IMG/VR virus record: IMGVR_UViG_3300013902_000006
Source of the DNA: a virus
Lineage: Duplodnaviria > Heunggongvirae > Uroviricota > Caudoviricetes
Length of the DNA stretch: 64,000 nt
Direction: 5' to 3' (one strand)
Below, in pieces: positions 19,021 to 30,000 of the stretch (positions within the stretch are counted from its first letter, which is position 1; each line of letters begins with the position of its first letter). Both the position numbers and the translations under genes were made by a program. The notes under the pieces were generated by a model that was not told the origin of the DNA, searched no databases, and saw only the letters and a list, made by a program, of their open reading frames with translations.

Positions 19021-20178
19021 ATGAATGTAATGGAGTTAGATAATGACAAGAGAAAGTTATTCCAACAAGTGCGTACAAAATTAGGAGCACCGATTAGAAA
19101 AATCCAGCTTACAGATGAACAATTATGTGATTTATTGGAAATCTCAGTCGGAAATTACGCCGAAAGGGTACAGAATTTCATTATAGAGAATAATTGGGCA
19201 AACTTATACGGAAAAGATATGACCAATACTGACATTGCATATGCATTATCGGTCAGGACATTAGATATCGCCAAGGATTATAGTCAATATTTCAGCAAAG
19301 AAGTAGGTCTCCAACAACGAGGAAAATGGGAACTTAAAAAGGATTTCATTAAACTTGAAGCCGGCAAACAAGTATACGTAGTTCCTGCAGGTCGTGAGAT
19401 TAACAAGGTAATGTGGGTTACTCCACCTACGACCGATGCCGCATTGTGGGCAAATTACGGAGGCTTCGGGGTTACATTCGGAGGAGGAGTTACAGGACAA
19501 ATGGGACTTGGCTCTGCGACTGTATTCGGAGGTATGGGGTCGGCATATGGTATGGGGGCAGGATTGTGGGCACTCCCCCTTGCAGATGTGAGTACAATGG
19601 CAGCGGATTTATCAGCAAAGCAACAATATTTTAGATGTGATTTAACTTATAAAGTAACCGCAGGACCTAATGGTACGCATCTAATACATCTGATGTCTAC
19701 ACCTGGTAGTAAATTGACTTTCGGTGCAGGAGGAATGAATCAATATTCGCTTCATAATTGTACCGTGTGGTATACATATTACGATGTAAATCCATCCAAC
19801 GTAGATGAATGCCGTAAGGAAAACAGCGATGTATTACTTACACCAGATCAAGTTCCTTTGGATGAGATGGATTACTCTATGTTAAACTCGCCAACGAAAG
19901 TTATAGTAAGACAATTATTGGTAGGAGAAGCAGCAGAAACACTGGGATTAATAAGAGGAACATATAGCGGAAATATCAGTATGATAAGCAATTCGCTTAC
20001 TTTAGACTACAATATGTATATTAATCTTGGACAGAGAGAGAAAGAAAACGCAATGAGGTCGCTTGATGAACGTTTACAGAGGATGAATCCTTATGAAGTG
20101 ATGAAGAGACAAGCCGAGCTAGTCGATAGTATGATACAGGCAAAGAAGGGTACGCCTTTACCAATTATGGTAATTTAA
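19021..20178 (+). CDS. gp13: Neck protein (T4 gp13-like head-tail adaptor)
   Basis: N-terminal RTKLGAPIRKIQLTDEQL motif and C-terminal GQREKENAMRSL..PLPIMVI. Confidence 0.75.
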   Translation: MNVMELDNDKRKLFQQVRTKLGAPIRKIQLTDEQLCDLLEISVGNYAERVQNFIIENNWANLYGKDMTNTDIAYALSVRTLDIAKDYSQYFSKEVGLQQRGKWELKKDFIKLEAGKQVYVVPAGREINKVMWVTPPTTDAALWANYGGFGVTFGGGVTGQMGLGSATVFGGMGSAYGMGAGLWALPLADVSTMAADLSAKQQYFRCDLTYKVTAGPNGTHLIHLMSTPGSKLTFGAGGMNQYSLHNCTVWYTYYDVNPSNVDECRKENSDVLLTPDQVPLDEMDYSMLNSPTKVIVRQLLVGEAAETLGLIRGTYSGNISMISNSLTLDYNMYINLGQREKENAMRSLDERLQRMNPYEVMKRQAELVDSMIQAKKGTPLPIMVI

Positions 20179-20181
20179 TGT

Positions 20182-20206
20182 ATGGAGCTAAATTTCATAG
20201 CTCCAT
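20182..20206. terminator. Hairpin at a convergent gene junction
   Basis: 9-bp inverted repeat atggagcta / tagctccat overlapping the stop codon of the minus-strand nuclease gene. Confidence 0.55.
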
Positions 20207-21838
20207 TCTGTATATCATTCTACCACAATCGTATATTCGATATATACCACGTTCATACATAATATTGTGTTCGGTCTTGTTTTTATCAAAGCCTTGTTCA
20301 ACGAGTTTTCTTTTACAGTATTTTGATTTATTTTCACGTTTGTGACCTATTATATAGGTATAATCGACATCAGTATCTTTAATATGTTTGAAACCATTAG
20401 AAACAAAATTATTTTCGCAGTTCCAACGTTTATCGACATAAGATATGATATCTTTTGGTTTAAAGTCTAAAATAAAATGCCTTAATAGTTTTGAAAATCC
20501 TCCTATTACGGTTGTATTTAAAATTGTACAAAAATTACACAACTCATATGAATCACCTTTGATATTTTTAAACGACATTATTGCAACGATTTCATTATCA
20601 TATTTTAAACAATAATTGATAGAAGGAGCAAAAGCATATCCAAGATAATTTTTATATAAGAATTGTTTAACCGAAACCTTATCTAACTTTTGTAGTATGC
20701 ATTTTCTTGCGTAAATTTTAGAATGATTTTTACGCAATAAATTTCTGATTCTTGATTCAACTACCTCTCTTTTATTTAACCATTCGTCTTCGAATATATG
20801 GATTACTCGAATATCTTGTTCCTTACAATAATAAGTTTTCTTAGAATGATAATATTTATCTTTTTTCAATTCACAATGCCAATATAGACCATCGAATTCA
20901 AATGCCATCTTTTCATCTGGTATATAAATGTCTAATTCTTGACCATTTTTAAGCTTCAGTTTCTCAGTATTAACATTTAATTCAGATATAAAGTTATCAA
21001 CCTCTTTTTCTTCTTTGGAAAAGGTACAACGGCACTTAGGACATCCATAACCTTGCAATAAATTGGCAGGCGTTATTTCGAATAATCCATGTTTTCGGCA
21101 ATTTACCTTTATATGAGTGGAACTATTTTTATATATTAAATCCTCAAAGGTATATTTATCTCCATGTATCTGTATTGCATCTTTTATAAATTCTTCTCTT
21201 GTCTTTGAAAGTTTACTTGCCGCCGCAATATTTCCACATTTTGGGCATCCATTCTTTCTGTTTATATGCTGATAAGGGTATTGCCAAAATTCTCCATGTT
21301 CGGGACATATGATACAGACCTTAGTATCGTAATCAATGTATTCAGTTTTACTATAATCATATTTATCGCCATGTATCTTATGTGCTTCTTTAATTAATGT
21401 CTCTGTCGTCATAAAAGAATTATGTCCACATTTGGGGCAACCTTGTCCACTTAGATGCTTAGATGGAGTTTGTTCAAATATTCCATGTATAGGACATCCT
21501 ATTTTAACTTTTGTCATTGCATTAATATATTCAACTTGTTCATATTTATATCGTTCTTTATGTATTATTTTAGCTTTTTTAATAAATTCATTTGCATTAG
21601 ATTTTACTTTATTGGCATTAGATATTTGTGAACATTGACGACAACCGCATCCATTAAACAAAGATTTAGGTGTTATATAAAAGTCATTATGTGTAGGACA
21701 AATTAATTTAATCTTTGTCCCTATGTTAATATAATTAATATCTTCAACTCCCCCATACTTTTCTCCATGTATTTCCTTGATTCTTTTTACGACTTCGTCT
21801 TTAGTTAATTTCATAATACTGTAATTTACATCATACAA
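20195..21838 (-). CDS. Putative homing endonuclease: 4 zinc-ribbon repeats + PD-(D/E)XK nuclease + GNAT-like domain (Hef-like)
   Basis: CPTH/CPIH/CPEH/CRKH repeats; ELDIYIP..MAFEFDGLYWH and HIFEDEW; IYARKC..GGFSKLL..SYVDKRW..IYDCG. The start may be the ATG at 21814. Confidence 0.75.
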   Translation of the reverse strand: MYDVNYSIMKLTKDEVVKRIKEIHGEKYGGVEDINYINIGTKIKLICPTHNDFYITPKSLFNGCGCRQCSQISNANKVKSNANEFIKKAKIIHKERYKYEQVEYINAMTKVKIGCPIHGIFEQTPSKHLSGQGCPKCGHNSFMTTETLIKEAHKIHGDKYDYSKTEYIDYDTKVCIICPEHGEFWQYPYQHINRKNGCPKCGNIAAASKLSKTREEFIKDAIQIHGDKYTFEDLIYKNSSTHIKVNCRKHGLFEITPANLLQGYGCPKCRCTFSKEEKEVDNFISELNVNTEKLKLKNGQELDIYIPDEKMAFEFDGLYWHCELKKDKYYHSKKTYYCKEQDIRVIHIFEDEWLNKREVVESRIRNLLRKNHSKIYARKCILQKLDKVSVKQFLYKNYLGYAFAPSINYCLKYDNEIVAIMSFKNIKGDSYELCNFCTILNTTVIGGFSKLLRHFILDFKPKDIISYVDKRWNCENNFVSNGFKHIKDTDVDYTYIIGHKRENKSKYCKRKLVEQGFDKNKTEHNIMYERGIYRIYDCGRMIYRMEL

Positions 21839-22265
21839 ATTTCATTCTCATATCTCTTCTGGCAAGCATTGATTCTACATCATCAATATATTCTCCGAAA
21901 TGTATTACGATGCGTCCGTCTTCGGGGTATTCTTCAGCTTCATCCAAGTTTTCGTATGCCAAGGCTATGATTCTGTCTTTGCAATCCATCATTGAGGTAC
22001 AACAAGAATACTGTGCTAAATCTAACTTTATATCCGTCTTTAATTGTTTGATATATTCATATTGACTACTATCAGGTTTCAAAATTTCGGGATTAATATT
22101 GCAACTTGGCTTTTCATCCCATCCTTCCGAGAAAGTGTCCTCATCATTTTCAGATAATAAGAAATGATATACATTCTTATTGTCTGAATCTTTGCCTATG
22201 TCAAGTATATATACAACTTTTAGATTAGTTTCATCCACATCGTCTTTGAAAATCTCATCACTCAT
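21831..22265 (-). CDS. Hypothetical protein (144 aa, acidic)
   Basis: ORF with 8-bp overlaps to both neighbours, consistent with an operon. Confidence 0.6.
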   Translation of the reverse strand: MSDEIFKDDVDETNLKVVYILDIGKDSDNKNVYHFLLSENDEDTFSEGWDEKPSCNINPEILKPDSSQYEYIKQLKTDIKLDLAQYSCCTSMMDCKDRIIALAYENLDEAEEYPEDGRIVIHFGEYIDDVESMLARRDMRMKFV

Positions 22266-22806
22266 TTAATAGTCCTTCTAATTTCTTTATTCTTATATAT
22301 ACCTCACCACAAGCAATTGCGTCCTCTAATGCATTATGATGGTGCTTTAATTTATATTTTACGGCTTCGCACGTTGTATCAAGGGTATGATTTGGAAGCC
22401 AAGTTAAAATTTCTCTGCTTAAATCCAGAGTATCAATATACTCATAATCAGTCAATGTACCATACGCCTTACCGTATGCGTTTATACAGCTACTTTCAAA
22501 GGAAGTGTTGTGAGTGACTAACGGACTATCCTTGATGTATTTTTCATTAATCATTGGCCATATATCCGAAAACGAAGGACTATCCTTTACGTCTCTATAA
22601 TGCAAGCCATGAATCTTATAGCAATGATAGTTTTCAGCTTTTGATGGAGGGCATACCAAGCTATAATACGTATCCTTCATTACACCATTCTCGAAAACGG
22701 CTATTCCTACACTACATATAGTGGCTCTCCAACTATCCATTGTTTCAAAGTCAATTGCGACGAAACGTTTTGGCAGTGTATTAGGTCTAATTTTTTTATA
22801 TTCCAT
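22258..22806 (-). CDS. DEDDh 3'-5' exonuclease (DNA polymerase III epsilon-like)
   Basis: ExoI VAIDFET, ExoII HNTSFE, ExoIII HHNALEDA. Confidence 0.85.
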   Translation of the reverse strand: MEYKKIRPNTLPKRFVAIDFETMDSWRATICSVGIAVFENGVMKDTYYSLVCPPSKAENYHCYKIHGLHYRDVKDSPSFSDIWPMINEKYIKDSPLVTHNTSFESSCINAYGKAYGTLTDYEYIDTLDLSREILTWLPNHTLDTTCEAVKYKLKHHHNALEDAIACGEVYIRIKKLEGLLNE

Positions 22807-22807
22807 A

Positions 22808-24700
22808 TTATTTATTAGCTTCTGATTTAATTATTGTATCCATCATATTCTTTTTGTTTATCACCGTATCATACATATGTCTCGATATTGAATCATTGAA
22901 CAATTGATATACACACGTTACGTCCTTTTTCTGCGTGAGACGATAAATTCTATCCTCTATTTGTGCGTTGTCGGCAGCTACCCAAGAATAACTATTAAAC
23001 ACCATTTTATTAGCGACTACCAGATTAAGTCCTACGCCAGCAGCGATTATCTGTCCTATAAACACCTTAACATTATCATCGTTATTAAACGATTGTTCTG
23101 CCTTATCCTTCGCCTTTGATGTCATCTTTCCATCATATACGACGCATTTCTTTTTGTAGTACTTCTTGAACATCTCGATTTCCTCAGTAAATGTACAAGC
23201 AATAATGACTTTACCACCTTCTTCAAGCATTTCATCGACTAATTTAATGGTATTCTCGACCATCTGTTTTGCCAAGTATTGCCTTACTAGTATTCCTTCG
23301 ACAAGTTGTCTGTATTGTTCGCTATTATCGTTCCCTTGCTCAGTCTGTGCCTCTACATACTCTTTCCATAGGCGTTCATATTCTATTCTTTGTGCCTCAT
23401 TTAAATCGTATGTCTTTGTGATTATGTTTTTATCCACCATATCGGTCATTTCAGATAACAGACGACGTATGTATAGATGCTTTATCTTTTCTCTCAACTC
23501 CTCAAGATTAGATGCTCCGCTAAACGTCGTCACTTCTCTGCCTGTCTTTAGATGAAACGTCTTTGCATCGCAGTATCTTTTTATAAAATAACGATAATCT
23601 CTTGTTATCGGGGCATCTATTAGTCTTAAGATATAATATAAATTAATTGGTTTATTAGTAAGAGGTGTACCTGTAAGTAAGAATACATAATTTGGATTTG
23701 CCCTCTTCAAAAAATCATATATAACCTTATACCTCGTTGAGGAATTATTCGACAGTTTTTGTGCTTCATCAATAATTACACAATCGAATTTATTTAAGAA
23801 CAACGGACTATTCTCCAAGCATTCCTTTATTACGTCCTTTCTAATGGATTTCTTTTTCTTTTCGACCATTTTTCCATCTTTGGTCTTAACCATTACAGGT
23901 TTTCTTATCTCCTCACATTCTCCATTTTCGTTATATACATATTCAGTCTCATAAACAGTTTCGAGAGGCAAGTCATAATAACTATCTAATATATCATAAT
24001 TTGTTATTATATATTTTTTATCTGTTATCTCGTCTTTTGAACCCTGTATTATTTGAATATCATTTTCATCATTGTATAATGACAACTCTCTTTTCCAATT
24101 AGTCTTCAAAGACGCAGTCGTAATTATTAATATTTTCTTTGAACCGCTTGCCATAGCAGCAACGATTGACTGAACTGTCTTCCCACTTCCCATTCCGTCC
24201 GCCATGATGCATTTGCGATTTGCCAACAAGAACTTGACCCCCTCCTTTTGAAGTTTTTTCAGTTTTCTGCCATCCTTTGCAATATTATCATAATAATCAA
24301 AATCGACTTCTATCGTACTACTATCGACAGTTTCCAATGGAGTTAGTATATTGTTCTTGTTCACATATGTCAATACAGGTGGAACACTTTGTCTGTATTG
24401 GATATAACAATGGAAACTATTCCCCATCTCGCCGACGACAGTCGAAATTCTTATTTTTTCGGGATTAAATCCTATCAAGAATTTTTCATTCAATTTTTGA
24501 CCAAAGTCAGTGCTTATTTTTACAGTTTTATTCAATTCATAAGGAATAAAATCCTCGTTGTTTATAATGTATTCGATATCGAAGTCACTAAGTGAATAGT
24601 GACCTTTAATGACCTTGTATTGCAGGTACTTCAAGTAATTGCTTTGTCCATTATATATTTTGATTATTTCATATGCTTTATCTACCGCATTGGTTTTCAT
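22808..24700 (-). CDS. SNF2/SWI2-family (HARP-like) helicase
   Basis: QKEGVKFL, Walker A ADGMGSGKT, Walker B IIDEAQ, LTGTP, AAGVGLNL and QIEDRIYR motifs. Confidence 0.88.
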   Translation of the reverse strand: MKTNAVDKAYEIIKIYNGQSNYLKYLQYKVIKGHYSLSDFDIEYIINNEDFIPYELNKTVKISTDFGQKLNEKFLIGFNPEKIRISTVVGEMGNSFHCYIQYRQSVPPVLTYVNKNNILTPLETVDSSTIEVDFDYYDNIAKDGRKLKKLQKEGVKFLLANRKCIMADGMGSGKTVQSIVAAMASGSKKILIITTASLKTNWKRELSLYNDENDIQIIQGSKDEITDKKYIITNYDILDSYYDLPLETVYETEYVYNENGECEEIRKPVMVKTKDGKMVEKKKKSIRKDVIKECLENSPLFLNKFDCVIIDEAQKLSNNSSTRYKVIYDFLKRANPNYVFLLTGTPLTNKPINLYYILRLIDAPITRDYRYFIKRYCDAKTFHLKTGREVTTFSGASNLEELREKIKHLYIRRLLSEMTDMVDKNIITKTYDLNEAQRIEYERLWKEYVEAQTEQGNDNSEQYRQLVEGILVRQYLAKQMVENTIKLVDEMLEEGGKVIIACTFTEEIEMFKKYYKKKCVVYDGKMTSKAKDKAEQSFNNDDNVKVFIGQIIAAGVGLNLVVANKMVFNSYSWVAADNAQIEDRIYRLTQKKDVTCVYQLFNDSISRHMYDTVINKKNMMDTIIKSEANK

Positions 24701-24722
24701 TCACAAGTTTTCATATTTTTGG

Positions 24723-24734
24723 TAAATATACTAC
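24723..24734 (-). promoter_or_regulatory. Bacteroidota-type promoter variant (GTAG TATATTTA) upstream of the helicase operon
   Basis: One mismatch to the GTAGTATATTTG motif, 22 nt upstream of the ATG. Confidence 0.45.
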
Positions 24735-24782
24735 TTAATTTCCTAAAATGATAATTATTAGTAAAGAATTTAATAATTTTTA

Positions 24783-25310
24783 ATGAATGGTACATATAAT
24801 CCGATAGGAAGGAATAGTATGTTTTATTCCGAGGAAGATTTTCAGATGGAAAGTGGTCTTGTAGAAGATTATTTCGAGGAAGACCTTAATCAGACTATCA
24901 TACTATATGAGGTGGACAGAAAACGAACAAATGTCAACACAACATACAAAGAAGTGGATGAAGCTCATGGGGGTGTAAGATTTAAATCTCCAAGGGAAAT
25001 ACCTTGTATGTTTGAGATTAAAGAATCCGAGGTAAAGTCTTACGATAATAAAACTGCGAACGGCATATATTCAGTCAGTGGTAATTTTGAAGGTATAATA
25101 TTATGCCGTACACTTGAAAAATATCATTGTGACATTAAGAGGGGCGACTACATAGCTGTCCAAATTGATACCAATAGGAAGTCATACTTTGTCGTGACTA
25201 ACGATGGTAAAATTAATACAGCAAATGCGAATTACATTGGAGCATATAAGACTGCCTACAGAAAAATAGAGGCAACAGCCACTACGATAGATGAATTTAA
25301 TGGAAAATAA
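24783..25310 (+). CDS. Head-closure/neck protein (T4 gp14-like)
   Basis: Size, the NQTIILYEVD..T..Y.E pattern, and position before a tail-completion-like gene. Confidence 0.55.
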   Translation: MNGTYNPIGRNSMFYSEEDFQMESGLVEDYFEEDLNQTIILYEVDRKRTNVNTTYKEVDEAHGGVRFKSPREIPCMFEIKESEVKSYDNKTANGIYSVSGNFEGIILCRTLEKYHCDIKRGDYIAVQIDTNRKSYFVVTNDGKINTANANYIGAYKTAYRKIEATATTIDEFNGK

Positions 25311-25316
25311 AACGAT

Positions 25317-26447
25317 ATGGATAAGCAACCTAAAAAATATATACAACCTATAAGGTATTCCGATATACCTTTCGGTAATGAAGTGAGAAAGTCTTATCAA
25401 AAGACAATATTGGATAAATCGCCTATAATACCTAAGCCCTTAGAATATGAGGACATTGACAATGCTTTTTTTGATTTTGTTGAAAACACGGTCGAGATAA
25501 TCGTTAATGGGAAGAAGATACCAACATTTACCCTTTATAGCAGTCAACGTTTCTCCGAGTATTCTCAAACGTGGAATCATTCAGACGAAGACAACAATGT
25601 TTTAATGAATTTCAAGACTGTAAGTAGGGATAATAATCCGACATCGGGCGATAACCAAGGAGGACTTTGGAATATCCCCGGTGAAAGAAAATATACACTA
25701 TTGCAACGAACTGTGTTGGATGACAATGGAAATGAAAGCTACGAGGTGTATTCGATGAAACAACCTTATTCAGTGGATTTGTCATATAGGGTGAATTTTG
25801 TTACAAATACATTTGAAAGCATTAATTTATTCAACCAAAAGATAAATGAGTTATTTAAATCACGACAATGTTACATAAGACCTAACGGACATTATATCCC
25901 TATGGTAATTGATCAAATCGATGATGAGAGTACTTACAGTATCGAAGACCGTAAGTTTTATGTGCAGTCTGTTTCGATAAAGGTTATGGCTTATATAATT
26001 CATGAAGACGATTTTCAAGTTGAAAGGTTTCCTAAAAGAATAATTTTGATGACTGAAGGCGAAAAGTCTAAGAAGCCTAAGATATCAATCGAGGAATATG
26101 AAACTGACGATTTTGAATATACCAACATTGATATGACTATTGATTTCAAGAATGGAATAGACAAAGCCAACTTTACGTCTGATACGGATTTTGTCGTCGA
26201 GAATATAAAAACTGACAATGTTAGAAATCTGAGAATATTCATAAATGGAACTATGATATACCATAAGGATGGTTTTAAGATAAAAAATGAGGATGAAGTG
26301 AAAATAAAGTTGTTCGTAGTTGACATTTTTAAGAATTCGGTAGTATATTTGCATGGGTATAATCCAAATAAAACCTATGAAGTCTCGGATGTACCTGAGA
26401 AAGTATATGATGAAAAAGAAAAATTTGAAGAAATAAAAATAGATTAA
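25317..26447 (+). CDS. Tail completion/terminator protein (T4 gp15-like)
   Basis: Pattern EDIDNAFFDFV..IPTF..QRFSEY..PYSVDLSYRVNF; located between neck and sheath genes. Confidence 0.55.
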   Translation: MDKQPKKYIQPIRYSDIPFGNEVRKSYQKTILDKSPIIPKPLEYEDIDNAFFDFVENTVEIIVNGKKIPTFTLYSSQRFSEYSQTWNHSDEDNNVLMNFKTVSRDNNPTSGDNQGGLWNIPGERKYTLLQRTVLDDNGNESYEVYSMKQPYSVDLSYRVNFVTNTFESINLFNQKINELFKSRQCYIRPNGHYIPMVIDQIDDESTYSIEDRKFYVQSVSIKVMAYIIHEDDFQVERFPKRIILMTEGEKSKKPKISIEEYETDDFEYTNIDMTIDFKNGIDKANFTSDTDFVVENIKTDNVRNLRIFINGTMIYHKDGFKIKNEDEVKIKLFVVDIFKNSVVYLHGYNPNKTYEVSDVPEKVYDEKEKFEEIKID

Positions 26448-26453
26448 TTTTTC

Positions 26454-26674
26454 TCATGTATACTAGATCAATATATTTTATAATTTTTAATTATTTTTAT
26501 ATATAATATTAAAAAATAAATAATATACTAGTATACATGAAATTTAAATTTATATTATAATAATATTATAAAAATAAAAAAATAAATATAAATTAATATT
26601 ATTATATATTTTATAATTTTTAATTATTTTTATATATAATATTAAAAAATAAATAATATACTAGTATACATGAA
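26454..26674. repeat. Extremely AT-rich intergenic element with a perfect 71-bp direct repeat and 13-bp inverted repeat (candidate replication origin)
   Basis: 26471-26541 is identical to 26604-26674. tcatgtatactag (26454-26466) is the reverse complement of ctagtatacatga (26528-26540 and 26661-26673). Each copy contains the palindrome tatactagtata. Confidence 0.9.
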
Positions 26675-26976
26675 TGAAGGTAAAAATTTCTGACATACTT
26701 GAATTTTCAAAAATTATTGATTCAATTGATGGGGATATAGACTTAACTATCTCAGATACGTTTGAAATACGTAAATTTCAAAAAAATATGAAAGATGTAT
26801 ATTCATTCTTGGACGAAATTGGTAATACGATAAGTAATGAACAATTCAATTTCATCTGTAACGAGACAATATTCTTCAATACACCGAATATTTCAGTCTC
26901 TGACCTTGTTGATAAATATGGTTTAAAATTAACACAAAAACAAAAAGATACACTTCATCATTTTTTACCAAAGTAA
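26674..26976 (+). CDS. Hypothetical protein (100 aa)
   Basis: ORF fills the gap before the sheath gene; its ATG begins at the last base of the second 71-bp repeat. Confidence 0.5.
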   Translation: MKVKISDILEFSKIIDSIDGDIDLTISDTFEIRKFQKNMKDVYSFLDEIGNTISNEQFNFICNETIFFNTPNISVSDLVDKYGLKLTQKQKDTLHHFLPK

Positions 26977-27011
26977 ATATTATCAAAAACGAATTTTACG
27001 GTTTGTAAGTG

Positions 27012-27019
27012 ATATTTAT
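27012..27019 (+). promoter_or_regulatory. Candidate late promoter motif ATATTTAT
   Basis: Lies 37 nt upstream of the sheath gene. Confidence 0.4.
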
Positions 27020-27056
27020 TATTAAGTGAAAAATAAAGAATATATTATTCAGAATA

Positions 27057-30000
27057 ATGGCAAATACAAGTAATAATAATGCAAGACAAACTCATGTATC
27101 ACCTGGTATTTATACCAAGGAGGTAGATTTGTCTTATGCGTCAAAATCGTTGGGTATTACTACTCTCGGTGTTGTTGGTGAAACAGTGAAAGGTCCTGCC
27201 TTTCAACCTATTTTGATAGAGAATTGGAGACAGTTCCAAACTTATTTCGGAGGAACAAACACCACTAAATTCAAAGGCAGTCAATACCCAAAATACGAGC
27301 TTCCTTATATCGCAAAAACTTATTTGGAGCAATCTCAACAACTTCAAGTGTGTAGGGTATTAGGACTTTCAGGTACTAATGCCGGTCCTGCTTGGGTCAT
27401 TAGTGCATATTCTTCAACTCCTGATAGCACTTCATTAGGCTACAAGAAAGAAAAACCAGTAGTAATTGCAGTATTACGTTCAAGAGGTGAACATAAGAAA
27501 GCTGCCTTCGTTAAAGCCGCTAATAAGGAACAAGGTATCTGTGAAGACGTTTATGAATATGATAAGTTAATTTACTATGCAAAATCGGTTAGTTTGAAAG
27601 CTTCCAAAACATTATCGCTAAGTGATGATTGCAATCCTGGTTATAGTACGGTGACAGGCGATTTCACTGTTAATGCAATCAATTACGGTACTTTTACCAT
27701 TGAAGTAACTACTAACGAAGATGTAACAAAGAACTATGCTGTAACTCTCAATCCAAATGAGAAAAATTATATTCTTAACGTATTGGGAACCGATCCTGAA
27801 GACGGTGAAGCCGAATTGTATGTGGAAGAGTTATATGACGTTGCGTTAAAACAGTTAATTGAACGTGGAGAAATCGACGCTATTAAACAAGAAATTGATT
27901 CATATAAGCCAGTAAGGATTATACCTTCACACGAGGCTGTTAACGACTTATTGGTAGAGGATGAGAGTATGTTGCGTCGTAAAGATGTAGGCAAACGTTA
28001 TCTTTATAGCAAGAGTGAGTCTGTGAATAATGAAGACGGAAAGCCTTTGAAAATCCATACATCAAGTGATAAGGGTAAGACTTGGGTCGCTGCTGATGGT
28101 GTTGCTGGACACATCTATACAGTTGTTGCTTTCACAAAGTCTGATGGTACAAGAGATTATTACTATGGAGAGTATACGGGTGACAATGGAAAGAATTTCA
28201 AGACCGAATTATTGACTACTCCAACCGTTGAGAATGAAGTATGCAGTGAAGCTGTTAATGTACTTTCCGATGGTATGACATATATTCTTGACACCGATGA
28301 TGTGTATCCAATTACTCTTGATATGAACAATTACAAGGAACAGTATCGTTATGCAACTACACCTTGGGTCGTATCAGAAATGAAGGGTTCTGCCGAACAC
28401 GTAGAGTTGTCTAAGTTGTTTAGGTTTAATACTATTTCGGATGGTAATGCTTCCAATACTGAGGTAAAGGTATCAATCGAAAATATTGATCCTACAAACG
28501 GTACATTTGATGTCTTAGTACGTAGTTTCTATGATACTGATAATGCCCCTGTGGTACTTGAGAGATACAAAGGTTGTGACCTTATTCCTGGGTCACAGAA
28601 TTATATAGCATACAAGATTGGCTCGACAGACGAGAGTTATGAGACACGTTCAAATTACATTACGGTCGAGGTTAATGAGAACGAACGAACAAAGAACTCA
28701 ATTCCTGCCGGTTTCTTAGGTTATCCTGTTAGAAATTACGGTGGACGTTGCGTCGTAGGTGACGGCGTTGCCCCAAAACTTGCAAATCCATACGTTGAAT
28801 ACAATACTAATATAGATGACGATGTACGTATCACGAGACAATATTTTGGTTTGTCTGATATCGTGGGAATTGATGCTGACGTGTTCTCATACAAAGGTGC
28901 TGAGGCTTACAATGGTTTACCACAAGGTTTGACACCTTCATTCCACTTGGATTCGAGAATTTTGAACGGTACTCCTAATGAAAACGGTGAGGTTACAGAG
29001 GATAACGTTACCCAAACTGTAAGCGTAGACGGTATCACAGGCTATCAGTGGGTAACAGTTGGTAAAGGCAACACTACTGAATTTGGTACTGAACCACGTA
29101 TAGGTGACGAAGAGACAATGATGAATACCATCTATGAGGATAAACGTTATCGTAAGTTCACAATGGCATTCTACGGTGGCTTTGATGGATGGGACTATTA
29201 TCGTTCTTCACGTAGTAATACCGATGACTTCATTTATCGTAAGTATCGTGGTAATTTGGATACTACAAGTGGTCATGGCGCAAGTTTTGATGTAATTAAG
29301 GATCCTGAGAATTATGGTTTCGATGCTACCGAGAAAGTGATTACATCCGACTGGTATGCATACTTGTCAGCTATTAGACAGTTTGCTAATCCAAGTACCA
29401 TCGACATTAATGTGTTGGCAACACCAGGTATTGATTATGTAAATAACAAGATGCTTGTTGATGAGGTAATTGATATGGTTGAGAATGAACGTGCCGATTG
29501 TGTTTACGTTGTTACTACACCTGATAAGCCATTTGGTGCTTCTGATAGTGAGAGCGAGATGTATACACCTGTGGATGCAGTGGATAACCTCGATGATAGC
29601 GATATTGACAGTAACTACGCTTGTACTTATTATCCTTGGGTTAAGACATTCGATGCTGACAATAACCAATACATTTATTTGCCACCAACAAAGGATGTCG
29701 TTAAGAACTTTGCATACACTGACAATACGGCATATCCTTGGTTCCCTGCCGCTGGTTATTCAAGAGGTCAAATTTCTGGCGTAAATCCAAAGAAAGTACT
29801 TAAGCTATCCGAACAAGATGAATTATATAGCGGACGTATTAATTTTATCAATAAGTTTGCAAGCGAGGGTATGCGTATTTGGGGTGATAAGAATTTACAG
29901 GTTGCTGAAAGCCAAATGAACAGAATTTCCAAGAGAAGACTGCTGGTAAGGATTAGAAAACTCCTTTCAATTGCTTGTATAGGACTTGTATTCGACCCTA

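Noticed and set aside
26454-26674. CRISPR array
   Set aside because: Only two long repeat units with an AT-only spacer, and no cas genes in the window.
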